DNA of 64,000 nucleotides from Myxococcales bacterium (GTDB taxonomy: Bacteria; Myxococcota; Kuafuiibacteriia; Kuafuiibacteriales; Kuafuiibacteriaceae). Both the position numbers and the translations under genes were made by a program. Below, one piece after another: positions 56,195 to 64,000 of this stretch (position 1 is the first letter of the stretch; every line of letters starts with the position of its first letter). The notes beneath the pieces are model-generated. The model was not told the DNA's origin, did not search any database, and saw nothing but the letters and a program-made list of their open reading frames with translations. The stretch spans positions 333-64,332 of the forward strand of contig JAHQVK010000175.1 in the NCBI GenBank assembly GCA_019634385.1. Direction: 5' to 3'.

Positions 56195-57430
56195 TTAGAA
56201 CACAACCCGGGCACGGATGGTGCCATCGATTTGTTTGAGCGCGCTTAATAGCTCGGGGGAACTTGCTCGATCCACGTCCATGACGACGTAGCCGAGATCT
56301 ACATTGGTGCCGAGGTATTGGCCGAGTACATTCGCTTCCGCAGAAGCGATCGCGCGGTTGATAGCTCCGAGAACCCCCGCACGGTTCTCATGGATATGTA
56401 GTAGGCGGTGGGCTCCCTCTCGGCTGGGTGGGAGGGATATATTCGGGAAATTAACGGCCCCAATGGTGCGGCCCAAATCGCTGTAACTCATCAATTTATT
56501 GGTGACTTCAATCCCGATGTTCGCTTGCGCCTCTTGGGTGGAGCCACCGATATGAGGGGTGAGTATTACGTTGGGGAGGCCGCGGAGAGGGCTTGCAAAT
56601 TGTTCATGGTTGGAACCTGGTTCGGTGGGGAAGACATCGATCGCGGCTCCGCCCAGGTGACCACCCTTAATGGCCTCTGCGAGGGCATCAACATCTACGA
56701 CGGTGCCTCGGCTCGCGTTGAGCAGCATGGCCCCTGGTTTCATCTGCTTTAGACGTTCCCGGTTGATAAGGTGCTGAGTGGTGGGATCCTGAGGTACGTG
56801 GAGTGTGACGAGATCTGATTGCCCAAGGAGCTCCTCTAGGCTCTCGAGTTGACGAGCATTTCCCATCGAGAGCTTCGGTTCCAGATCGTGATAGATGACC
56901 TGCATGCCAAATGCTTCTGCAAGTATCGAAACCTGTGAGCCGATATGCCCATAGCCGATGATGCCCAGGGTTTTTCCCCGAAGCTCGTAGCTATTTGTGG
57001 CCGACTTTGTCCATTTCCCAGCGTGAGCAGCGAGGCTTTTATCAAACAGCCCTCGAACCAAAAATATGCATTCCGCGAGGACCATTTCCGCGACACTGCG
57101 TGTGTTGGAATGGGGAGCATTAAATACGGGGATGCCTCGCTTTGCGGTGGTGTTGAGGTCCACTTGGTTGGTTCCGATGCAATAGCAACCAACCGCCACT
57201 AGTTTTTTAGCGGCCTCAATCATTTCTTGGGTCAACTTGGTTCGCGACCGAATACCAACAAAATGGGCGTCGGATAGCGCTTCCTTTAGCTCCTCACCAT
57301 CGAGGGCTTTTGGATGGGTGGTCACGTGAGTGTAGCCCGCACGCTCGAAAGATGCGGTTGCTGAAGCATGGATCGACTCCAACAATACGATGTGAATGCG
57401 CTCTCGGGGGAAGGATAACCGTTCGGGCAT
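56195..57430 (-). CDS. serA: D-3-phosphoglycerate dehydrogenase with C-terminal ACT domain
   Basis: Rossmann motif GIIGYGHIGSQV. Catalytic region ASRGTVVDVDALAEAIKGGHLGGAAIDVFPTEP. 411 aa, like E. coli SerA. Confidence 0.85.
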   Translation of the reverse strand: MPERLSFPRERIHIVLLESIHASATASFERAGYTHVTTHPKALDGEELKEALSDAHFVGIRSRTKLTQEMIEAAKKLVAVGCYCIGTNQVDLNTTAKRGIPVFNAPHSNTRSVAEMVLAECIFLVRGLFDKSLAAHAGKWTKSATNSYELRGKTLGIIGYGHIGSQVSILAEAFGMQVIYHDLEPKLSMGNARQLESLEELLGQSDLVTLHVPQDPTTQHLINRERLKQMKPGAMLLNASRGTVVDVDALAEAIKGGHLGGAAIDVFPTEPGSNHEQFASPLRGLPNVILTPHIGGSTQEAQANIGIEVTNKLMSYSDLGRTIGAVNFPNISLPPSREGAHRLLHIHENRAGVLGAINRAIASAEANVLGQYLGTNVDLGYVVMDVDRASSPELLSALKQIDGTIRARVVF

Positions 57431-57439
57431 GGCTCGCCG

Positions 57440-58282
57440 TTACTTGGGGACGACATCTCGGGGCAAGACTTCGAGCACCATACCATCGTCAGCAAAGTCC
57501 AAACGAGGTCCGGGCGGAGCATTGGCAAGGAGCTTAGTGCTGGCCTCCCGAACGGCTCGGCCCAGGTGGGTAAGCACCACCCGCTTTGCGGTCATTGTGG
57601 GCAATTCTTGTTTCCAGTCTTCCCAGGTGCAATGACGTCCGGCTGGTGGAGCTAAAGCTGAGCACTCGGCGATCAACAGATCCACCTGGTGGGCGGCATT
57701 TCGAAGGCCCTCGGCCATTTCTGTGTCCCCGGAAAACGCAATAGATTCCCCAGTGGAAGCCTCAAATCGCAAGCACAACGGCTGGTGAGGAGGATCCATA
57801 TGGGCGGCTGGAAACGTCTTCAAAGCCATCCCGTTAAGGAGGCGGGTGTGGCCCGGTTGAATCTCTTCAAAGATAAGTTGTGGGGCGGTGGGGTACTTAA
57901 GAAATTCTAGACCATAAGTGAGTTCCAGCAAGGCTCTTATGGTTTTTTCTAGTCCGATTGGCCCAACAAAACGGAGTGGTGTTGAACGCACATCGGAAAA
58001 CGTACTGTCGATGATCAAGAAGGGGATGCCACCTATGTGATCGCCGTGGAGATGAGTGAAGGTAAAAGTTTCAATATTGCAGGCTTTTCGGCCGATTTGA
58101 TGCAGGCCCGCGAGCGCGGTGGCACCAAAGTCCACCATGGTGGACTTCAATCTGGTGCCTTCTATCAGGTAGCAGGAATGTAAACGGCCACTGGCATTAA
58201 ATGCATCTCCGGAACCAACGACGGTCACCTGCATAGGCGGAAGTTGGACGCCAAGCAAGAGTGGGTCAACCCATGGTACCAA
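57440..58282 (-). CDS. MBL-fold metallo-hydrolase
   Basis: FTHLHGDHIGG (HxHxDH) plus downstream His/Asp ligands. 280 aa. Lies 10 bp downstream of serA on the same strand. Confidence 0.7.
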   Translation of the reverse strand: MVPWVDPLLLGVQLPPMQVTVVGSGDAFNASGRLHSCYLIEGTRLKSTMVDFGATALAGLHQIGRKACNIETFTFTHLHGDHIGGIPFLIIDSTFSDVRSTPLRFVGPIGLEKTIRALLELTYGLEFLKYPTAPQLIFEEIQPGHTRLLNGMALKTFPAAHMDPPHQPLCLRFEASTGESIAFSGDTEMAEGLRNAAHQVDLLIAECSALAPPAGRHCTWEDWKQELPTMTAKRVVLTHLGRAVREASTKLLANAPPGPRLDFADDGMVLEVLPRDVVPK

Positions 58283-58453
58283 TAGGCGGCCTGAAAAAAG
58301 GTTCTCGCGCTTTGCTCGGTTCGTCCGTGAAACATCCAGCTCGGCTCTGTGGTTTTTGGCGGTTGGACCCGACTAAGCCTGTTTCCCCTTTCCTCCAAGG
58401 TTTCACGCAAGGACCGAGCGGAGCGCGGGGACGCTTGTTCGGGCCGCCGGATA

Positions 58454-58578
58454 GCTAGGGGCGCGTTGCTGAGTTCGGTCAGGAACTATCGCTAAGCGCC
58501 TGGATCCCTCCGGGGCCAACCCCTCACAAGGCGGGCTACGTGTCAGCTCCGCAGCCGGAGGCTAAAGACACGCCCTGC
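58454..58578. repeat. family A copy A10 (reverse, internally deleted)
   Basis: ctaggggcgcg...ccctccggggccaacccctcacaaggcggg...gcagccggaggctaaagacacgccc. It keeps both ends and lacks part of the core. Confidence 0.55.
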
Positions 58579-58602
58579 CTTACGGAGACGCTCCGAGTGC
58601 AG

Positions 58603-58890
58603 TCACAGCAGCATGCGTACACCAGCGATCTTACGAAAGCGCGCATACAGGGCGTACACCGTTTCTGCGTCCGGCACGGGTATGATGAGGGTAATCGATT
58701 GATGATTGCCTTTGTCCGATTCTTTTCGGCTTACCTGTGGTTTGGCTGCTGGCAAAATTTGTCTGGTGGTTTCCAGAGCAGAATTTAGCAATTGTGCCTG
58801 GTTATCGCCGATGAGTTTAAAGGTGTAGTTCGCTGGGAACTGATGGGTAGCGTTAAGAGTTTGAAGAAAACGCTCTCGCTCTTCGCTCAT
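58603..58890 (-). CDS. YbeD-like DUF493 small protein
   Basis: 95 aa. The central YTFKLIGDN motif matches the DUF493/UPF0250 family. Its start overlaps the upstream ORF stop. Confidence 0.4.
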   Translation of the reverse strand: MSEERERFLQTLNATHQFPANYTFKLIGDNQAQLLNSALETTRQILPAAKPQVSRKESDKGNHQSITLIIPVPDAETVYALYARFRKIAGVRMLL

Positions 58891-59687
58891 TCGTTTGTTT
58901 TTGCCACGTCCATTGGGATTTCGGGAAGATCGAGTGTGCTGGAATCTGAAAAACCCTCAATCGCCGCATCCTGGAGGGCGGTTAATATTTCCGCGAGAGC
59001 AGAGCCTGATCGGGGTGATACCGCGTCAAACATTACGCCAACGTGAAATATACCCTCATGCAAAGTAGGGGTTTGCCGAATAACGCGGGCGCTGACTCGG
59101 AATGGTTCGCCGGTGGCTGGATGGATACACTCTATGAGAAGGTGACCGCTCAGATGTTCTTTGACGAGAAAACCGAGGCCCCCCAGGGATATCTCTACCC
59201 GTGGATCTGGTTCGACCCAAGCACCACTGGGCGAGTTCGGTTGTTCCTCAACCGCCCAACTGCGGACATCGAAGCCTTCTGGGGGACTGAGATACCGGAA
59301 TCGGAGTCGCCCTTTTTCACGGGGGGACCACCGATCTTCGCGGTGGCCGGTACGGCGGATCTCGACCGCTATGTGTGTTCCCAGAACATGCCGAACAATA
59401 CCAATAAGTTCCAAGTTGCGTTTGCCCTCTGGTCTGATGGATACACCCAGTCCCTCAACCAGTCCTGCGGGCGGGTCGTGGGTGAGCTCAACCTCCGCAT
59501 ACCCATCTGTCACCTCAGTAAGCCTGCCGCTTACAGCCGCCCGTTGGGAGCCCCAGTAGAGTGAGACTGGCAAGAGGATCCCTATAGGAGAAGTTTCGGG
59601 CATGACCGCCTTCATATCATGGAGCCCTCTGTGGGGGGGGGAAGCTTTGCTTTCGTTGAAGCACGTTGAATTGTGGAGTTTGCACAT
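58887..59687 (-). CDS. hypothetical protein
   Basis: 266-aa ORF coupled to the ybeD-like gene. A LipB identity was tested and not supported (no RGGxxTYHGPGQ). Confidence 0.3.
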   Translation of the reverse strand: MCKLHNSTCFNESKASPPHRGLHDMKAVMPETSPIGILLPVSLYWGSQRAAVSGRLTEVTDGYAEVELTHDPPAGLVEGLGVSIRPEGKRNLELIGIVRHVLGTHIAVEIRRTGHREDRWSPREKGRLRFRYLSPPEGFDVRSWAVEEQPNSPSGAWVEPDPRVEISLGGLGFLVKEHLSGHLLIECIHPATGEPFRVSARVIRQTPTLHEGIFHVGVMFDAVSPRSGSALAEILTALQDAAIEGFSDSSTLDLPEIPMDVAKTNE

Positions 59688-60569
59688 GAGTTGAGGGCTA
59701 GAAGAGCCACATCTGATAGAGCCTCCGGTATGCAGTGGTTTGTTTCTCGAAATGTGGTATACATACTTCTATTTGCCTTCATGCACCTCAGTGGGTGCGC
59801 TACAGTAAGTAGCGTGCTGTCTTCCAGCGTTCAAAAGCCTTCGTTTGTATTTACGAAGCTACATCTGCGTGACATAAGCTTTGAAACGGTGACGATGGAT
59901 TTTGAGTTTTTGGTTAATAATCCTAATGATTTGGGAGTAAGTCTGAACAGTTTGGACTATGCTCTGGATCTTGATGGTAAAAGCGTCGCAAAAGGTACAT
60001 CTAATCAAGGTATTGAGCTGAAAGCTCGGGCGTCGGCACCAGTACGGCTGCCGCTGACGATAACGTTTAAGGATTTTGCGGAGAACGTGGCGACCTTGTT
60101 CTCTACAAAACCTTCGGTACCTTATGCGATTTCTGCAGGACTTGGGGTAGCGACACCGGTGGGACCAATCCGCATCCCAGCTAGGCATAACGGTGACCTC
60201 CCTCTTCCAAAAGCTCCGGATGTAGCGGTGGAAGATGTACGCCTGGCAAAAATGGGTTTGACTGGCGCAAAATTAGAATTCCAATTGAGTGTAAAGAACC
60301 GTAGTGCGTTTTCTATTATTCCTAAAGGTATGAGTTATAATCTTTCTTTGGCGGGGGTAGATGTGACGAAAGGGCAAAGGAAGATACCCACTATTGATGC
60401 TAACGAAAAACAGACGATCGTTTTACCCTTGGAGGTGAGCTTCTTTAGTTTAGGCCAGGCGGTTGTACAGGCCATTCAAACCAAAAGTGTGCCATATGTG
60501 GTCAAAGGGGATGTGGATCTGGGAGTATTCAAGCAGCCCTTTCACGTTGATGGAGAGGCAAAGCTATAG
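59673..60569 (+). CDS. membrane-anchored LEA_2/WHy-domain (LEA14-like) protein
   Basis: N-terminal TM, then two WHy-like repeats (FLVNNPNDLGVSLNSLDYALDLDGKSVAKG and LSVKNRSAFSIIPKGMSYNLSLAGVDVTKG). Confidence 0.55.
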   Translation: MEFAHELRARRATSDRASGMQWFVSRNVVYILLFAFMHLSGCATVSSVLSSSVQKPSFVFTKLHLRDISFETVTMDFEFLVNNPNDLGVSLNSLDYALDLDGKSVAKGTSNQGIELKARASAPVRLPLTITFKDFAENVATLFSTKPSVPYAISAGLGVATPVGPIRIPARHNGDLPLPKAPDVAVEDVRLAKMGLTGAKLEFQLSVKNRSAFSIIPKGMSYNLSLAGVDVTKGQRKIPTIDANEKQTIVLPLEVSFFSLGQAVVQAIQTKSVPYVVKGDVDLGVFKQPFHVDGEAKL

Positions 60570-60638
60570 GCTGACTGCGGGAGGAATGACCCCTGGGTAC
60601 CAGAATGGGTGGGCTTGGCAAGGAGGCCAAGTTGAGAG

Positions 60639-61643
60639 TTATTTTCTCTTAAGTATAGATTCACGGAGTTGAATATTCGGTTGCAATGAAATGGGAGAGG
60701 CGATGGTGTTATCTATCCTACTCCGATCGTTGTGACGAACGGCGTTACATCGTTGCTCGGTGGTTCGAAGGAGCTGGTACAACGTTCGTTGTGCATAACG
60801 GACAGGGTTGGCTACCGGCAACAAGGCATCTACTTCAGTACTACGTAGGTGCTTAGCCCATGCTTTAAGTCGAAAAATCAATTGATCGGTTAAGTATACA
60901 ATTTCTTCGATTGTATACTTATGGATATCATCTGCGGGAAGGGTGAGTTTGTCGAAATTTGTCCGCCAGCCAGTCAGGAACCTTGCACGGTCTTCAATGC
61001 TTTGGGCTTGTTGTCCTGGTGTCTGTGGCTCGGATAGGGCTAATGTATTCAGAAGACGATTACGAATATCTCTCTGATGCACTTCTATGATAGGCTGAAG
61101 TGTCATACATGTGTTTGCTCGGGACCGAGGATAGACGTATTGAGGACTGAGAGCAAAGGCAAACACAGTGAGAATGACAACTTGGGTCAAGATGGCTTTT
61201 AGGATACTAGCGAGTGATCCCCCGTGGATAAGAAGATGAAGAGCACTCCACCCAGCCACCACAAATGAACTCCCCATAAGAAGTGTGGTGCAAGGGTAAC
61301 CCAACCACCAAGGTATGAAGGTGGGGCTTAGCCCACCGATGATCGCTCCGAGCATGAGCAGCATCACGGCTAGATGGCTACGTCGATGGTCACGAGCATG
61401 GAGTGGTTCACGAAGCCACATTGGCAGAGGGTTTTTGTTCCGCTGTTTCCGATTGGGTGTCGCTTGAACCGTTGGTGTAGGGGTTGTCGGTTGCTCGGTG
61501 GGTAGAAGAGCAGGGGGTGTGGATGTCTGTGTATGAAGTTGTTTAGGGGTGATGGAAGATGTTTTCTTATCGTAAGCAATAGATTCGAGTTGCTGACGAA
61601 TGTGGTTCATGAAGTTTTGGAAGCTGGAGGCGGGGCTTGGCAC
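60639..61643 (-). CDS. hypothetical polytopic membrane protein with Pro/Thr-rich N-terminus
   Basis: 334 aa with several hydrophobic helices (LAVMLLMLGAIIGGL, VVAGWSALHLLIHG, VVILTVFAFALS). No motif. Confidence 0.4.
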   Translation of the reverse strand: MPSPASSFQNFMNHIRQQLESIAYDKKTSSITPKQLHTQTSTPPALLPTEQPTTPTPTVQATPNRKQRNKNPLPMWLREPLHARDHRRSHLAVMLLMLGAIIGGLSPTFIPWWLGYPCTTLLMGSSFVVAGWSALHLLIHGGSLASILKAILTQVVILTVFAFALSPQYVYPRSRANTCMTLQPIIEVHQRDIRNRLLNTLALSEPQTPGQQAQSIEDRARFLTGWRTNFDKLTLPADDIHKYTIEEIVYLTDQLIFRLKAWAKHLRSTEVDALLPVANPVRYAQRTLYQLLRTTEQRCNAVRHNDRSRIDNTIASPISLQPNIQLRESILKRK

Positions 61644-61765
61644 GACACCATCCAGAGTCGACTAAGGTCGATGAACGTCCATGGCGACCACCGTGTAAGC
61701 TAAAAAGCGAGTGTCTGTTGCGCCAGCTAGTTGGTGAGTTTAGCTAAAAGCACGGGTTATGCACC

Positions 61766-61856
61766 TACAGCAAAGACCCCTTGGTCCAGACACGGACCCC
61801 TCACAAATGTGGGAAACGAGTCAGAACGCGGTCCGGTGTTTGAAGACACATCCTAA
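61766..61856. repeat. composite fragment: B-like terminus joined to right half of A (A11)
   Basis: ctacagcaaagacccc (B end) followed by ccctcacaaatgtgggaaacgagtcagaacgcggtccggtgtttgaagacacatcctaa (A right arm). Confidence 0.5.
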
Positions 61857-61954
61857 ACTCGACGTCTCAAAACGTGATAGTTGGGCGAGCTATCTTTACT
61901 GCGGTTTGGTTCCACTTTGCGGAGGTTACATTGAAGAAGCTATACACAAAGTCC

Positions 61955-62872
61955 TTATTGGCTTACGGAAAAGCAAACGGCGTTAGAGACTAGTTCCGTG
62001 CCATCTCTTTCGCCGCGTAAGAAGATGGCGTTAATTGCATCTTCATCTTCCAGGCAGAGCGTGAAAATGAGGTCTATGATATTATCATTATCATCACTAT
62101 CCGGCTCGCTCAGACTGGGATGAGAGGGGGAGTCTACGCCAGCTGAGTATACAAGCCTCTCACCGCCATTGGGGCCGAGGCCTTTGAGCCGCTGACTATA
62201 GAGGGAGCTCTGAATATCTACATTTTCGTCAGGTAGGGCAATTTGCGCGGCAAATTCACGAACAAAACGACAGTCATCGGTGGTCTCAAGGTCTCGTCCA
62301 TAGGCTACGGAGAGAATGATAGGCCCATCACTGTCACGCTGGTGATTGCTAGCGTTGTCGCAGCTACCGTTGATTTGCTGTGGGTCTACACATTGATTGT
62401 AGTCGTCGCCGGCATTGACGTCGGTTTGGCATAGCTGCTGCTGAGCGAGACAACCGGTTTCCCCTAAATTCACGCAAGTCAGAGGATCACCCTCCTGGCA
62501 TCCATCAGCGGTGCACGTTTCACCGTCGGGACACGTGCCTTGTTCTCCGATGGTACCACAGAGAGGGGCGCCTTCTTCACCGCAGAGACCGTTGGCGAGG
62601 CATACTTCGCCGTCAGGACAAGAGGTTTCGTTGCAAACACACACGCCTAAAGGAGCGTTATTGGTGGGCTCAGTATTGCACTCCGGAATGGTTCCCGCGC
62701 AGCTGTTGTCGAGTTCACAGCTTGTGACGCAACCAGGGTCGATGGTGCGGTCATCACAAACCTCTTCATCGCTACAGGCGTCATTACAAGCATCTCCAAG
62801 AGAAAAGTCTTCGTCGTCACCGCAGGCGCCGATCGTGGTAAACAAGGCTAGGGCAAGAAGATAGCGTTTCAT
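61955..62872 (-). CDS. cysteine-rich repeat lipoprotein (secreted, acidic)
   Basis: Lipoprotein signal LFTTIGAC. More than 30 Cys in repeated CxDGExC / CPDGETC modules resembling myxococcal-type Cys-rich repeats. Asp/Glu-rich. Confidence 0.5.
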   Translation of the reverse strand: MKRYLLALALFTTIGACGDDEDFSLGDACNDACSDEEVCDDRTIDPGCVTSCELDNSCAGTIPECNTEPTNNAPLGVCVCNETSCPDGEVCLANGLCGEEGAPLCGTIGEQGTCPDGETCTADGCQEGDPLTCVNLGETGCLAQQQLCQTDVNAGDDYNQCVDPQQINGSCDNASNHQRDSDGPIILSVAYGRDLETTDDCRFVREFAAQIALPDENVDIQSSLYSQRLKGLGPNGGERLVYSAGVDSPSHPSLSEPDSDDNDNIIDLIFTLCLEDEDAINAIFLRGERDGTELVSNAVCFSVSQ

Positions 62873-63281
62873 AAGTTCCTATGGTGTTGGCTACGGTTTA
62901 CGGATGCTTCTTTCAAGAAGTGCTCGCGATCAATCACTGTCGAATGATTGAGGACAAAGGTCAGATGCATACCAACGCCGTATGGGATTGCTACAGCTTT
63001 AATAGTCGCCCACAAGCCAAAAGTGCATTGGGTTTCGATCTTGTCGACGAGGATGGGTGCGGTTGCGAGCCTTGGAGCCAATGGGATCGGTGCCTAGTTA
63101 CCGTGTGTTCCACTAATCTTGGTACATCCCCTTTCTCCCCAGTACGAGTTCAAGAGGAGGGGAAAAGCTGCACTCTGCAGGGAAAACTTCTCTTTGGATG
63201 TCGGAATACTGCCAAGATTTTGTTCCTGAGCATGACGAAGCTTGACCGAACCGGCCAGCTCACGGCTTTTGTACGAGCTAG

Positions 63282-63620
63282 GTGACGACGACCCCAAACC
63301 CATGGCTGATCCTCGGCTGTGCCATCATCCTCGAGGTGGCGGGAACTACGTTTTTAAAGCTGTCTGATGGCTTCCGAAACGTGGGGGCTTCCGCGATTAT
63401 GGCTGTTTTTTATGCAGCCTCATTCTTTTGTGTGTCTATCGTGATTCGGCAACTCAGTATGGGGATGGCCTACGCGATATGGGCGGGAGTAGGCACGGTG
63501 CTTATCGCTTTGGTTGGGCACACTATCCTTGGAGACCGCCTCACACCCACCCAAGGCATTTTCATTCTTATGGTAGCTATAGGCGTGGCTGGCTTGAAGC
63601 TTTCTGCCCCCTCGTCGTGA
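63282..63620 (+). CDS. SMR-family small multidrug efflux protein (EmrE/SugE-like)
   Basis: 112 aa with four TM segments. The conserved Glu is in TM1 (ILEVAGTTFLK), with AYAIWAGVG and GIFILMVAIGVAGLKL. Confidence 0.75.
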   Translation: MTTTPNPWLILGCAIILEVAGTTFLKLSDGFRNVGASAIMAVFYAASFFCVSIVIRQLSMGMAYAIWAGVGTVLIALVGHTILGDRLTPTQGIFILMVAIGVAGLKLSAPSS

Positions 63621-63725
63621 CTGGTTATTTGGTCAGTGATGAGTGCCCGGTCTGGTGTTTCTCTTAGGCATGGAATGCTTGTGGGTTAAATGCCCACACA
63701 GCTGCGAACTGCATGGCTGCCGCCA

Positions 63726-63820
63726 TAAGGGCGCGTCTTTGCCCTCTGGCCGTGGAGATGGGGCCGTATCCGGCATGTGCGAAGTGTCGGCCCCGGAGGG
63801 AGGGCAAAGACACGCCATAA
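63726..63820. repeat. family A copy A12, internally deleted 95-bp derivative
   Basis: taagggcgcgtctttgccctctggccgtggagatggggccgtatcc...cggccccggagggagggcaaagacacgccataa. Both arms are kept and the central hairpins are lost. Confidence 0.6.
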
Positions 63821-64000
63821 TGTCCTTCAGGTGTCAGGGGATGTGACCAGGTGACGGCGTAGAAATTGACGTTGAGCAGCCCAGCTGCTCTGGGCTGCAG
63901 GACGCCAGCCCAGAGCATGAAATGCGTGAGGCTCTCCTGGATAGATGTCCAGCTCGTGCAGGATATTACGCTCGTGGAGGGCGGTGGCCAGGCGGAGGGT

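Noticed and set aside
58283-58453. Possible additional degenerate D/C-like element upstream of A10 (tttcacgcaaggaccgagcgg resembles the D interior)
   Set aside because: The similarity is limited to about 20 bp and no terminal inverted repeats are recognisable.
58887-59687. Octanoyltransferase LipB, as expected next to a ybeD-like gene
   Set aside because: The RGGxxTYHGPGQ motif and the catalytic Cys/Lys context are absent. It is left as hypothetical.
300-63820. Possibility that the recurring ~185-bp and ~115-bp repeats are a CRISPR array
   Set aside because: Copies are dispersed over 64 kb in both orientations. They are long (110-190 bp) and palindromic, with no regularly spaced unique spacers.

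Overview
The window is a 64-kb bacterial chromosomal segment, roughly mid-50s % GC, with dense coding on both strands. It contains no rRNA and no CRISPR array, and scanning the intergenic DNA for T-loop motifs turned up no convincing tRNA.

Most genes are ordinary housekeeping or physiology genes:
- 6-phosphofructokinase, class-I DAHP synthase, SerA and a LeuB-like dehydrogenase.
- CopA, a sodium:solute symporter with thioredoxin-fold lipoproteins, a FIST sensor plus hybrid histidine kinase, and a GlnE-like nucleotidyltransferase.
- PgeF, QueD, an SMR efflux pump and a bshC-bshA-bshB bacillithiol cluster.

Two things stand out.

1. A 6.8-kb, translationally coupled operon at 20681-27440:
- It encodes a coiled-coil protein, a compact MotA/PomA-like proton channel, a MotB-like protein with the conserved transmembrane Asp and an OmpA-like domain, and a 1416-aa Upf1/DNA2-like SF1 helicase with a DUF4011-like N-terminus and a possible C-terminal nuclease.
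- There is no flagellar context.
- It sits in an island with an AT-rich leader, bounded by miniature repeat elements.
- This is a Zorya-like, ion-motive-force-coupled candidate anti-phage system, but its architecture does not match any described Zorya type.

2. Four families of miniature palindromic (MITE-like) repeats occupy nearly every long intergenic region, about 26 copies or fragments in total:
- Family A is about 187 bp with TAGGGCGTGTCTT...AAGACACGCCCTA termini; B is about 113 bp; C is 150-180 bp with CTAGCAGGCCATCGG termini; D is about 180 bp with CTAGCAGCCTGTTGAT termini.
- Copies are nested: B sits inside A twice at the same TA site in opposite orientations, and C sits inside D.
- Families A, C and D are bounded by CTAG/YTAR tetranucleotides, the preferred IS5-family target.
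- A decayed IS5-family transposase fragment lies at about 11.1 kb.
- Two inverted D copies bracket a 3.6-kb segment carrying a Maf-like (DUF115) gene and an alpha/beta hydrolase whose nucleophile serine appears replaced by alanine.

The taxonomic origin cannot be fixed from sequence alone; the bacillithiol genes and lipoprotein-rich content are compatible with a Bacteroidota/Rhodothermota-like organism. All coordinates were placed by eye against the supplied ORF track and may be off by a few bases.
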